DNA from: Laetmonice hystrix
Taxonomy: Eukaryota
Length of the DNA: 64,000 bases
Assembly: GCA_965235115.1 (NCBI GenBank)
Contig: OZ249436.1
Coordinates: 28,460,001 to 28,524,000, forward strand
Reading direction: 5' to 3'
Shown: in pieces, positions 39,496-52,030 of the stretch
How positions within the stretch are numbered: position 1 is the first letter of the stretch
Layout: the number at the start of each line of letters is the position of its first letter
Made by a program: the position numbers and the translations under genes
The notes under the pieces: generated by a model
What the model was told of the DNA's origin: nothing
What the model saw: only the letters and a program-made list of their open reading frames with translations
Database searches by the model: none

Positions 39496-41446
39496 TTAAA
39501 CTAGTTACTTTGCTTGACCTCCATTTGCATAAAGCTTGAAATTTAAATATTATTTAAATCATCAGTGCAGCAGACGTATTATCCGAGGGTTGCGCAGGGC
39601 GTTTTGTGCAACTAGGGGTGGTAGATGTGAGGTGTTTTGCAATACCAGCTAGCTCCCTTTTGTCAAACATTGTATTCGTACCACATCAGCGTGTGAACAG
39701 GTCGTTTGGGTCTGGTTAATTTGGGCGTCATGTTTCTAGCTGAATGATTATAGGAGTATCACGTTGATGATTCTCATGATGAGGTATTAAGGCTAAGGTT
39801 GGTAGGTATAGTTGTTATACGTCACTGCGCAGAACGGACATTGTCAGCGGATCCAGCCCGTATAACTCTCTTTGATCTTCAGGGGGAGGTGGGCCTTGTA
39901 CGATGGAGTCGCCACATCGAGTCGGCAGATGAGGACCCGACTCTCTGCAGCCCCCGCAGGCATCACACCTCGTTGTTTTTATCTGTATCGGTTCACAGTT
40001 TGATCCATGTCTGTTGTCAAGATACAACAGGGATGTTTTCTTGTGACAGCGAAACATATTTGTGTTTCATGAATTTTTAAGGGTGTGTTTGACGCTGATG
40101 GCTGGATCCGTGGTGTATATATAGTAAGCAAGCGTTCTATTATACCCTGCAGGGTTCCCAGCGCTGGGGATGCTGGGAAATGAAACCGGAAATGATTTGT
40201 CGCCGGTGACGCGACCGTTTCCGTGGTTCCACTGGGATATGTCAAAAAAGGCTGATTGGGCAGGCATGCTGGCGGCTACAAAATAGGGCTCGTGGAACAC
40301 GACCTTAATATTGTTAAAATGTCGTTTTACGTTTTGCGGTAGACAAGAAAAGGCGGCACTAGAGAGATTAGAAATTGATACACCGGTTATGATAATAGCG
40401 TTTTAAAGCTGCTAGTTTGGATTGCCGATTGTGAACTGGAATGGTAAAGATATCAGTTCCATTGCAAATTAGTTCATGAGTAATGGGAGTGAAATAACCC
40501 TGAGCGAAACCTGCATTAATTCATTGTTTCTAATATTTTTCATATTAATTTGATACAAACGGGAGGAGCTTGAAATGGTTGAATATTTGATGGGCCTAAA
40601 AATAAAACTCTGGCTGAGGCGTTAGATTCCATTTCTGCCTATTAATCAAATAAAGGTAAAACCTGCATACAAAATGATTAAGTTCACATTAGTTGTGTGC
40701 GGCAGCACCACCTTGTAGGACCGCCCATATTTAAGAGATTGTCCGTGCTACGTCCCTGCGAGTTTAAAGGATTAAAATCCAGTGCCAGTGCTAGGACATA
40801 TAACTTTTTGGAATAAACTTTACCTTTAAAGTAAAAAAAATGCATGGGGGTCATATGGAAAAATCACTTCTATGTTTGCAGCTTTGTTATCAAGCGTTGT
40901 CGGGTCAGAAGCTAAGTGAATTGACGGGCCACCGTGCACTCTGAAACACACGTTTCATATTATATATATAAAAAAAGTTGGTAATGCTATCCCATTTTAT
41001 TATTATAAACTGGCCCTTATATATGGGTGGATCCTGTATGACATGGTAACCAATTAGCTGCACACAGAAATCCCCGCGCCAATCAATGGGAACAGGACAG
41101 ATGTAAATCAATGTTGGCCGCTTTTATTAATCATCTGATCGTGGATGAAATGGAATGAATCGCTTGCATATTTACTCCGTATACCTCACAATCCGTACAA
41201 ACTTTCTGGTAATCTTTGTTGTTGTTGTTGTTGGTTATTCTATAAAAGTTCCAATAATCCGTATGTTTCAGAATCCCATCGTATTTTAGTGGCCACCGTG
41301 CTGATCTAATAAACGAGGTCTGACTGCATAAGGTTCATTCACAATCTTGAATTATTTTACTAAAATTTCCTCCTTATATAGAGGGAATGATAACATTTTT
41401 CAGTCACTTTCAGATCGGTTTTGCTGAACCGCACAATGCATGAATG

Positions 41447-42075
41447 TTTTTAGCCCCAACCCAAAGGGGCGGGGGCTTCTAATTCGCCCTCCATCCCTCC
41501 GTCCGTCCGTCCGTACGTACGTGTACATGTACGGACGTAGACAGGGAATTGTCAGAAGTGTATGGGTCAAATTGCATAAAACCTTACACTATGATGAGGG
41601 ACGGTCTGAGGATGATGCATGTCAAATAGATTCTGATATCATTAGAAAATGGTCACTTCACAGCCATCTTGGATGTAAACACATTTCGAGTAGTAAGTCT
41701 GACAAAACGATTCCGGTTGCTTTTAAATTTTGTGCAAGGAAAAAGCCGATGAGGGGGAAAAATGAAAATAAATGGGCACGGCTTGTGACCCCGCATAATG
41801 CCTTCTCTTTTCACCAAATTTGAAAGAAATCTTTGTTATTATTCCCCCAATGTGTTTATATCCAAGATGGCCATCAAGCGGCCATTTTGAATGATATCAA
41901 AAACCTGTGACCTGTGTCATCCTTAGACTGTCCAGATCAGGTTTCATGCAAGAATTTGTCGTTTTTGAGATATGAGACAAAATAGTGTTATTTTGGGAGT
42001 CAAAAAGCAAATATGGCTGTCATGTCCCCATTTTCGGTCTGAACTAAGCATTGGCATATATACAATCAAAATAAA
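41447..42075 (+). mobile_element. Helentron-associated (HINE/DINE-like) non-autonomous element, partial
   Basis: T-rich 5' end TTTTTAGCCCC..GGGGC hairpin and (CCGT)n microsatellite. Body homologous to 45048-46198, 49987-50770 and 61424-61880. Contains internally inverted halves. Confidence 0.65.
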
Positions 42076-42583
42076 TAAGTTATGGGTGTCAAATAAGGAT
42101 TTATTCCATGCAACGTGAATATCATCATTTCAGCCCATTGACACTCAAACCAAAATCTTAGCTGGGGTCGGCAAAGCATCAGGCTGGAGATCTGAATTTC
42201 AGCGATTTGAAGTTACCTGATATCGAGTTCATGTTTTAGTCTCTAACCCGAAGAGATGAGCCTGCTTTTGTGTATGAGTCAGCTAGTTTGACAATGCCCA
42301 TCATTATCTGTTTAGAAGTGATAGTAGGATGATACACGTCAGATAGACTTGTGGTCGATATTATAGGAGACGAACTAATGGCCTTCCTGGCAGCAAACAA
42401 TAGGTGCTTGCGGTGACCTTACCGTCAGAGATAGGTTAACTGTCACCAACCTACAGGTAACAATGCAGAGGTCGCTTGCTTCCTAAAGTGGGTGTTAAAC
42501 GCGATAATTTACAGAATGTATTGAAAAATATTTCTACCTCTTATACGACCATGTGCTTGTTTGCCAACATGTTACAGATAAGA

Positions 42584-42996
42584 TATTCGTCTTATATACC
42601 CTAAATTAGGTACAAATGTCATCGTTTTCTTCTGACTAATGACAAATAAAAAAAACAAATCGGGTAAAATACGATCGTCTTTCCAAATGAATGAAAAGTA
42701 AAGATTGTTTTTTTTTTCGAAAATTTCGCCAGGAAATTAGTAGCATACAAATCATACAAATTTGCAGTTTATCTACACTTTAATAAAGGCGCCTAATGGA
42801 TCGGAATGTTCAGATTTACACGTATACTTATCGTCTCACCTCTATACGTTATGGAGTTGGATACTTGTCATAGTGAATATCTAGTATTCGTCTTATATAC
42901 CCTAAATTAGGTACAAATGTCATCGTTTTCTTCTGACTAATGACAAATAAAAAAAACAAATCGGGTAAAATACGATCGTCTTTCCAAATGAATGAA
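42584..42996. repeat. Two identical 112-bp direct repeats separated by 189 bp
   Basis: TATTCGTCTTATATACCCTAAATTAGG...CCAAATGAATGAA at 42584-42695 and 42885-42996. Confidence 0.92.
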
Positions 42997-44579
42997 CATA
43001 CATGTATATGTTAATATAAGAAGACAGCAGTGAGGATCTCTCGCAGGGTGAAACAAACTGGAAAGAAAACGGAAGAAAACAGGATGAACGCCGCCATTCT
43101 GGCATGTCGAGAATCGTAGAAACTTAGGTGTTATAATAACTATCTGTGCGTGGGAACGGGTCTCCAATAGAGCCACCTACAATTCTCTGGGCCTAGGAAA
43201 CTCATAGAATGATGGCTTATATATCTGAGAAACGCAATGCGGGTCTGGTTTTGGTGAAACGGCACGTATCGTGACACAAACTCTTTAAGTCCAGTCGCGC
43301 TTGAACCTGATTTACTATGTGGAGAGTTGCATTGGTGGTAGAAATACATAGCTGCATGGTTTTGCACCTTGAAGCATACTGAAAATAATACTGCCTGTCC
43401 ACTGAAATAGTCTGACTGAAATATTCTGCAATTATACCATCATCCTTCCTGCAGATTGGTGTGTTGTTACAGCTAGGCTCGACTGGTTTATATTTGCAAA
43501 TTTTAAAGAAGAACCAACCTGGTGCTTTGTCGGACGGCTGACTTTAATAAATCACATACCCTATATAGTGGGGCGGATAGTCAAACCAATTGTGCATTTT
43601 GTGATAAAAGCATGAGAATTTTCACAGAGTAACCTGGGACCATACTCTTTAATTTAAGATAGGGAGGCATCCTGGATCCTGCCTGTGAGGCCTGTTTTAG
43701 CGTTTTGTTGCCTAGCAACAGTAACATGCTTAGCAACTGGCCTCATATGGTTCCAAGGAGATAAAGAAACACACCTACCCACACTAAAGTCATATCTTGG
43801 GTTAACATGGTAACATCAATTATTCCATAATACCAGCCCGTTGCCTAGCAACAGATCTTGGTTGTGAGACCTCCTTAGCAACGGGCTACCCCATCCTGAA
43901 AAATGTAGCTTTCAGTAGAGAAATCATAACAAGACGATGTCCAGTGTTTTACAGTTCATTTACATACATGTGTAGTCTTACTGTTGCCTAGCAACGGAGC
44001 TTGAATGACTCAGTTGGGGGGTTTTCTTCATATAGAGAGGCATCAGGAATTCTCCTTATATGAAGCTGGGCACCAGTTAGGAAAATGACATAACTACGCG
44101 ACTTGGTATCAGCTTTGCTTGGCTTCATATGGCTGCAGGGAGAAAAAGAAACATACCCACCCACACTAAAGTAGTATCACCGGTTAACCTGGTAACATTA
44201 GTCATTCCATAACAGCAGCCCGTTGCCTAGCAACAGTAACATGCTTAGCAACTGGCCTCATATGGTTCCAAGGAGAAAAAGAAACACACCTACCCACACT
44301 AAAGTCACATCATGGGTTAACATGGTAACATCAATTATTCCATAACACCAGCCCGTTGCCTAGCAACTGACCTTGGGTCTGAGACTTCCTTAGCAACGGG
44401 CTACCCCAACCTAATAAATGTAGCTTTGAGCAGAAAAATCAGACAAAAACGATGTCCAGTGCAACTGTAGTCATGTGGAATCTTAGTTACCTAGCAACGG
44501 AGCTGGATAACGCAGCTGTGTTTTTTTAAGGTAAGGAGGCATTAGGAACTCCTTATATGAGGCTAGGCACCAATTAGGG

Positions 44580-44849
44580 TGGGTGGGTGGGTATTTGGGG
44601 TTTTACGCCTTGCAACAGCCAGGGTCATATCACGGCGGTGAAGATGAGATGAAAGTCAGTTTTTCTTGGTGGAGGAAACCGGAGTACCCGGAGGAAACCA
44701 CCGACCTTCGGGAAGGAACTGACTGACAAACCTTTCACACATGCAGCCCAGGCCGGGAATCGAACCCGGGTCGCAGCGGTGTGAGGCGATGGTCCTAGGT
44801 GTCATGATGGAGCCGACACCTTAGACCACTCGGCCACCCGAGGCCCCCC
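44580..44849 (-). mobile_element. tRNA-derived SINE, copy 2 (full length), inserted in the left Academ arm
   Basis: Near-identical to copy 1. 12-bp TSD CACCAATTAGGG at 44568-44579 and 44850-44861. The right arm keeps the empty site (~47667-47687). Confidence 0.92.
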
Positions 44850-45047
44850 CACCAATTAGGGAAATTGTGTAATGCACTAATAGCTTTGCAAAAATCTATG
44901 TCTGAAATTCTGCGTCCAGTTGTAGGCAAATGTATCAGCAACAAGCAACAGAGTGACTCCGACCTGTAATTAAAGTGCGAGGGAGTGACGAAAAGATATC
45001 TTCCAACGACAGGACAAGAACAAAATACATGAATATTTTAATATCTA

Positions 45048-46198
45048 ACAAGCTTGTAAAGCTTATAGCCCCCACTAAGAACTATGGATTCTTGAAGAAA
45101 CGATGATCTTTGAGGGGCAAAGAAAAATTGTTAAATGAAACTTCGTATGTACTTCGTCTGCATCTTAGTAACTATGCAGTTATGTACAGTTTGATAGCGC
45201 TATGCGATATGAAGTGTTTTGTAGATACAGACAATTGCAAATATGCAATTGGAGGTTGACCTTAATGTCTTCTGTCACCAAGAACGAAGTCCTGAAAATG
45301 TCAGAGTTATTGCTTCGAATTTCTTCATAACCAAGATGGCCACCAAGCAACCATTTTTTAATATATGTTTGACCTGTGTCCTCCGTAGACTGTCCCCGGT
45401 TATTATGCAATGTTTCATGCAAGATTAGATGTTGTTATCTTCAACTGGTTTGGCGGTACAGGCCATTAAAATATGCATGACCTTGATTGCCCTTGCAAGA
45501 TCGCTCAAGGTCATGGGAAATGGTGCCAAATGAAACTTCATATACCACTTCCTATCTGTCAATAATAGTAATTATTGCCTTATCTTGCACCGTTTTCGAG
45601 ATATGAGCCCAAACAGTGTTACTGGGGGGAGTAAAAATATCAATGTGGCCGCAATGTCGCCATATTTGCTCTGATCTGGGAATACATTGCCATATACATT
45701 GCCCCTCATATGCACCTCCTTTCCGCCAAATTTGAAAGAAATCGGTATAGTTTTTCGAGTTATTGCTCCAAATGTGATTATATCCAAGATGGCCACCACG
45801 CGGCCATTTTGACTGATGTCAAAAATATCTTTGACCTGCCTCATCCGTGGACTGTCCCGGATCATTAGGTAATGTTTCATGCAAGATTATGTCGTTACCT
45901 TTAATTGTTTTGAAGATCCAGGCTATTGAAAATATGCATGACCTTGATTGACATTTCAAGGTCGCTCAAGGTCATGGAAAATGGCGCTAAATGAAACTTC
46001 ATATACCACTTCCTATCTGTCAATAATAGTAATTATTGCCTTATCTTGCATTATCTTGCAATGAAAATAGTAGTAACTATTGCGTCAAGCTTGCGCCGTT
46101 TTCGAGATATAAGCCAAAGCAGTGTCATTGTGGGGGTCAAGAAACAAATATGGCCGCCGGAGGGCGAATTATAAGCCCCCCGTTCTGGGGGCTAAAAA
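45048..46198 (-). mobile_element. Apparently complete Helentron-associated (HINE-like) element
   Basis: On the - strand: 5' TTTTTTAGCCCCC subTIR with nearby GGGGGGC inverted partner, ~460-480-bp internal core repeats, 3' GGGGCTA subTIR, then the short hairpin AAGCTTTACAAGCTT and GTT. Confidence 0.7.
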
Positions 46199-46235
46199 AA
46201 GCCCTGAAATTACACCAATTACCATGAATGATGAT

Positions 46236-46724
46236 GGTATCAGGGCACTCTCCCCTGGACATTCGCCCCGGATATCTGCCCCCAGACATTAGCCCCCGTA
46301 GGACCTTTGCCTCCCTATAGGACATGAGCCCCCCCCCCCGACATTCACTCCCAGACATTCACCCCTCGCCCCCCCCCCCCCGACATTAGCCCCTGTAGAA
46401 CTTTTGGCCTTCTAGGACATCTGCCCCCCAGACATTCACCCCCGGAGATTGCATCCATGGAACTCTGATATTCCCCACACACCTGTGCCTGCGCGGAGGG
46501 GTTAGGACAGGGTTAGAGTAGAGTTAGGGTTAGGGTTAGGGTTAGGTTAGGGTCCTAGGGGGGCAGAAGTACTCCGGGGGTTAATGTATGGGGGCAGATT
46601 TCCTAGAGGAGCAGAAGTCCTACGGGGGCTAATGTCCGGGGGGTGAATGTCGGGGGGGGGGGGGCAGATGTCCTAGAAGGGTAGGAGTTCTAGGGGGGCA
46701 AATGTCTGGGGGAGAATTGTCCCC
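46236..46724. mobile_element. Foldback-type MITE (GGACATT.GCCCC / GGGGC..ATGTCC arrays) with a central (TTAGGG)n-like tract
   Basis: Same architecture as 36168-36611. TTAGGG x3 at 46524-46541. Confidence 0.7.
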
Positions 46725-47086
46725 TTGCATTTGCATGCCGTCTTGCATTTGCATAAGATGCGGCATCCCTTTTTGCAGCCACAGGAAAGCAGCTCCTGGT
46801 GCTTTTGCTTCTTCAGGAAGGGTTGTCCAGTTTGGATAACAGTCCGTCTCCATTCTTCATCCATCCCCACGGCCAGGTTATAGGCGAAGAAAGCTCAGAC
46901 CTGTGCGGAATCCTGTGTCTGACCCCATGTGCCCAGCTTGTTAGGCAGCTCTCCTGACGTGTTGCATAGTTAGACGGAATTGCTGCTGGAGTGGTGATAT
47001 CTTCTTTGGGAACATTCTTTTATGGTTTCATTGACATAAGTGAAGTGCAGCTGTACATGAGTATGACAAATCTAGCTGGTACTCAT
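46725..47086 (-). pseudogene. Academ transposase C-terminal fragment (- strand copy)
   Basis: Frameshifted RFVILMY...QHVRRAA*QAGH-WGQT...WGWMK...PNWTTLPEEAK / QELLSCGCKKGCRILCKCK, matching the end of the XPG-like region plus the Cys-rich finger of AcademX proteins. Confidence 0.75.
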
Positions 47087-47310
47087 ACTAGACACAGGAT
47101 TCTGCACCTGAGCTTCCTTCGCCTCTTACCTTGGGATGGATGAAGAGTGGAGAGTTAGACGGACTGCACCATCCAAACTGGACAACACTTCCTGAAGAAG
47201 CAAAACCATGAGCTACTTTGCTGTGGCCCGTATCTATGCAAATGCAAGAGGGCTGCTCTGTAATGCACTTCCCTGTCTTTATGTGGAGGAGAGTGCTCAG
47301 AGAACTGACT
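47087..47310 (+). pseudogene. Academ transposase C-terminal fragment (+ strand copy, reaches the stop codon)
   Basis: TQDSAPELPSPLTLGWMKSGELDGLHHPNWTTLPEEAK / HELLCCG / LCKCKRAAL*CTSLSLCGGECSEN*. Confidence 0.75.
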
Positions 47311-47785
47311 ATGTCTATGATGTCCTTCTTTCTCATAAGAAAGTACTCTATCATAAATTGTGGCGTGAATTTTTCATTCTCAGAAGTAAAATACATACTT
47401 ACACAGCCGTGCCCAAAGCATACTAATCACAGAATAAATTTATACTTCTGCAGCAGCAGATGACATGATAAACAATACATTAAAAGACGCATTTAGAGTG
47501 TTTTCTAATTCCTTTGAAAAAACTATTTGGTTCTGTATGATTTTACGTTTCTGTATTGACTGTGTCTCAAAATACTATTCCTAAGTCTTTTCGCCACCTC
47601 CTTGCACTTTAAATCAATGGTTGGGGTCACCCTGTAGCTTGTGATACCAAGCAGTTATGTCATTGCCCTAACTGGTGCCTAGCCTCAAAAAAAGGAGTTC
47701 CTGATGCCTCTTTATCTAAAAAAACACAGCTGCGTCATCTAAGCTCCGTTGCTAAGCAATAGTAAGATATGAATGTGCACAGTGA

Positions 47786-48260
47786 CAGTGGCGGATCCGG
47801 GGGGGGGGGGGTTCAGGGGGTCCGCACCCCCTCGCCTCAAGTGCCCTTTTCTCTCCCCACAAGTGCCTTTTTTATTTTACGAAAGATTTTTAAAATTTAA
47901 ATGTCCAATTGTCTAGGCTTATAAAAAGTTATTATACCCTTAAAGGCTGGTCTATATCGCGTATTTGGCACTGTAATTTTAATTTTTTTCTGGGGGAGGA
48001 CCCCCAGACCCCCCCCCCCCCTAGATGGCTTCGTGCCTTCGGTGCTCGCATCATGGAGGACACCCCCTTCACCAAATTCCTGGATCCGCCCCTGACTGTC
48101 CCCACACTCCGAAATTTCTAACTACTGCTTGTCGATATGTGCATAGGCCTATATGCCACTTTTATTTGACTGTCTAGGCTACTCACTGGGGGGGGGGGGG
48201 GGGTTGAGAAAGTGCCCTTTTTCCATGGCACCCCCCCCCCCCCGTCTTAAAAATCCTGAG
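47786..48260. mobile_element. CAGTGGCGGATCC-type MITE (47786-48094) plus an adjoining related fragment, inserted in the right Academ arm
   Basis: Termini as in 2183-2360. Absent from the homologous position of the left arm. Confidence 0.7.
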
Positions 48261-49986
48261 TGAGTGAGACACTGGACATCGTTTTAGTCTGGTTTCTCTG
48301 CTTAAAGCTACATTTATTAGGTTGGGGTAGCCCGTTGCTAAGGAAGTCTCAGACCCAAGATCTGTTGCTAGGCAACTGGCTGGTGTTATGGAATAATTGA
48401 TGTTACCATGTTAACCCATGATATGACTTTAGTGTGGGTAGGTGTGTTTCTTTTTCTCCTTGGAACCATATGAGGCCAGTTGCTAAGCATGTTACTGTTG
48501 CTAGGCAACGGGCTGCTGTTATGGAATGACTAATGTTACCAGGTTAACCGGTGATACGACTTTAGTGTGGGTAGGTGTGTTTCTTTTTCTCCTTGCAGCC
48601 ATATGAAGCCAAGCAAAGCTGATACCAAGTCGCGTAGTTATGTCATTTTCCTAACTGGTGCCCAGCTTCATATAAGGAGAATTCCTGATGCCTCTCTATA
48701 TGAAGAAAACCCCCCAACTGAGTCATTCAAGCTCCGTTGCTAGGCAACAGTAAGACTACACATGTATGTAAATGAACAGTAAGACACTGGACATCGTCTT
48801 GTTATGATTTCTCTACTGAAAGCTACATTTATCAGGATGGGGTAGCCCGTTGCTAAGGAGGTCTCACACCCAAGATCTGTTGCTAGGCAACGGGCTGGTA
48901 TTATGGAATAATTGATGTTACCATGTTAACCCATGATATGACTTTAGTGTGGGTAGGTGTGTTTCTTTATCTCCTTGGAACCGTATGAGGCCAGTTGCTA
49001 AGCATGTTACTGTTGCTAGGCAACAAAACGCTAAAACAGGCCTCACAGGCAGGATCCAGGATGCCTCCCTATCTTAAAATAAAGAGTATGGTCCCAGGTT
49101 ACTCTGTGAAAATTCTCATGCTTTTATCACAAAATGCACAATTGGTCTGTATTTTTGGTCTTATCTGCCCCACTAATAGACATTTGTTATACCGTAGAAT
49201 TCCACCACATGCAGTATGGACTGATGTTTAAAACGTTACAATAAACTTCATGACTCCCTTGTGACGGTGTGATGTGAGCGTTCCTGATTTCAGTCGCTGT
49301 CGTCGGTGATTTAGACTGCATTATTTAGAATTGGCAATGAAAGCACAGGTCCAATGTGCAGGGAACAATTTCAGTGCATATTATGTAAAGTTATAGGTCG
49401 AACTGACATCTAGATATCATGCGCCTGACGGGACGGTATGTCAGGCTGATCGGACGGCTTTTCAGCGTACATATATCTAAATACAGGCGTCATCTTATAT
49501 CTACATGCAGGGGCAGGGACAGTCACATCAGTTTCCAAATTGCCATATTGGCAACATACTCCGGTTTAGACGGCTGTCCGACACGGCATGGGTTAACGCT
49601 CCGAGTATACAAACTTTATGTTATCTGTGCAGGTATAGCCTAATGTTACGATTGAAGTTAATTACTCAACTCTTTCTTATCATCAACCTTCAGATCCTGC
49701 AAGGTTTTTGTCTCCCCCAGGTCGATCTCTGATGTCAGGCTTGTGCCGACAGTAAAAGAAGCGTTGTGATTTTAATAATTTGTTTTACTTTGTAAGTAGT
49801 CTGACTGTATTCGCGGGCGTGACGTATGAAAGGCTTTTCTATTGTAAGTTTTCAACAAGCTAAGTATACCGGCGTGTTTTGCAGCTTTCTGTTTGACAAG
49901 ATGCTTTATACTATTTTTGTGTTTATTTGAAACAAAGAAGCGTTTGAGAATCTTTCATTCCAACATAACGCATGGTGAAGGTCACC

Positions 49987-50770
49987 TTTTAGCCCGCAAC
50001 CCGAACGTCCGTAGACAGCGATTTCTCAGAAGTGTATGGCTCAAATTGTATGAAACTTTACATAATGATCACGGGCGGTCTGAGGATGGTGCACGTTAGA
50101 TTTTTGATATCATTCAAAATGGTTGTTCAGCAGCCATATTGGATGTAAACACATTTCAAGCATTAACTCGCGGCCAAAACGATCCCGATTTCTTTCCCAT
50201 TTGGTGCAAAGATGAAGCATATGAGATGCAATGTATAGATAGATGTACAGTATACCAATGTATACAGTCCAGGGCCCGGTTTTTTTTGTTTACTTTTCCA
50301 CCGTGAGCAAGGGTGAGCTGAGCTGAGCAAGGGTGAGCAGAAGCTCATGCTCACCGTTTTTCCCACTGTTTTCGTTTTTTGGGGTGTTTTTCCGCGAGCT
50401 TGCTCACCATGAGCACGCCTCATGGAAAAAAGCAACCAAAAAAAGCGCAATAACGGTGAGAATGAGCTCATGCTCACCCTTGCTCACGGTGGAAAAGTAA
50501 ACAAAAAAACCGGGCCCTGAGCGAATATGGCGACAGTGCGCCCATATCTATTTTTTTACCCCCAAAATAACACTGTTTTGGCTCATATCTCGAAATTGGT
50601 GCAAGATAATAATTACTATTATTGACAGATAGGAGGTGATAATTATGTGAAGTTTCGTTTGGCGGCATTTTTATGACCTTGAGTGACCTTGAAAGGTCAG
50701 TCAAGGTCATGCATACAAGGATGACACAGGTCAAACGTAGGTCAGGGACATTTTTGACGATTCATATGGC
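49987..50770 (+). mobile_element. HINE-like element, partial copy
   Basis: TTTTAGCCC start. Body homologous to the 41447 copy and, in reverse, to 45048-46198. Confidence 0.6.
50270..50519. mobile_element. MITE with ~49-bp TIRs nested in the HINE-like copy
   Basis: CAGGGCCCGGTTTTTTTTGTTTACTTTTCCACCGTGAGCAAGGGTGAGC and its reverse complement ending at 50519. Confidence 0.8.
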
Positions 50771-51699
50771 CTCTCTCGAAAACACTTCAAGACATACTAC
50801 AAATAATGGATGAAGACATATGCAGTTTCTTTGTGACACATGTATCACGGATGTTCTCACATGGACTGTCTCTCAAAAATACAAAGTACGCATAGTTCCT
50901 CCGAAGGGATCTTGTTTATTAAGGTTTAAACCATCTATGAAGTTATACACACTGAAGGTCAGTATGCGGACGTGTACATTCAGACAATGGATAATCTGCC
51001 TTCAGTTGATTCATTTAACTAGAGTCCATTGTGAAATACCACTCTAGATTTGGCAGATGGGCCTCTGGGCAAACTTCACTTTTAAATAATTGATGAAGCA
51101 GTGGCATGGAGTATTGTATAGGGGGCTGGCGGGGCAGGTTCCGGCCCCGCGTGCCATTTGAAATTTATCACTTTTTGTGTTGCCTACATCTCTCTTATTT
51201 GATGCTCAAAAAGGGGTGGGGACACGCGAGAGCAACGCAGGAATTGGAAATAAACGTAAGGATGATATTCTATAAGTTTGTTAGCTCTCCCCCCTCTCCT
51301 TCGGAGCTTTTTGCGTTTGGTGTCCTCTTCTGTCTCCTGTTACCCCGGCTCCGGTTATATCATAGTAAATGATGAAATATGATAATTATGAACTCGTTTT
51401 CGAGTTTTAGCAGGTGCGCAATATAAGTGCCGTCCTGACAAGCCGTGGGACAAACGCTCAGCGCTACATTGAACCGATTGTTTCTGGTTGTGAAGTCTCG
51501 AAGTCTTCGCCTACACTGCTACTGCTCCTGGAGCATGCAGTCTGTGCTGGAATTTCTCGAGTCGAGGACACGCGATAGTGACAGCAGATCGGTGCAGTAA
51601 GAACGGCCAGGGGAGATGACACTACCTTAACTAGCTTGATTCGGTATCCGTTGGGATAGAAGCACAGACTTCCAGTTCTGGCAGTGACCTTCTGCGGAG

Positions 51700-52030
51700 A
51701 AGGAAAAACAAAGCCATGCTAGGAGAAGGGAGGAGGTGAAGGTGTGGGAGGTTGCCTCCGTACCATGCCAAAAGATCAGTGGGCGCGCCACGTGGCGAAC
51801 GCTCTGCTATAATACGCCAATCTGTTCGTCCGTACGTGCGCGCTGGGCGGCGCTCACAGAACGGTGGCTGGGCTACCTACCCGCCAACCCACCAACCAAC
51901 CAACCAACCAACACTCGGTACCGTGACAGACAGGCAGACAGGCCGGCAGACAGAGAGACAGATAGACAGACGCAGCGGCTACGGCGGCAGCTTCGCGTTT
52001 ATCAGTTAAGAGCGGGCCTCAGGTAGGGAC
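51700..52030 (+). promoter_or_regulatory. CpG-rich candidate alternative promoter / first exon
   Basis: Palindromic E-box CGCCACGTGGCG (51786-51797), TATA-like CTATAAT (~51807), (CAAC)n and (GACA)n tracts, and a possible donor CAG|GTAGGG at 52022/52023. Confidence 0.3.

Larger units (their letters stand above)
43566..49175 (+). mobile_element. Academ-type DNA transposon, internally deleted, with long TIRs and nested insertions
   Basis: TAGTGGGGC termini and 3-bp TSD ATA (43563-43565 / 49176-49178). ~0.9-kb near-identical inverted arms (43566-44462 / 48269-49175) continue inward at lower identity. Internal WTTLPE...CGCKKGC...CKC transposase C-terminal relics. Confidence 0.85.

Noticed and set aside
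44515..44540. AAG|GTAAGG as another recursive site
   Set aside because: Weak acceptor (AAG, short tract) inside the transposon arm.
46524..46552. Interstitial telomere or chromosome fusion scar
   Set aside because: Only three perfect TTAGGG units, lying at the centre of a foldback MITE.
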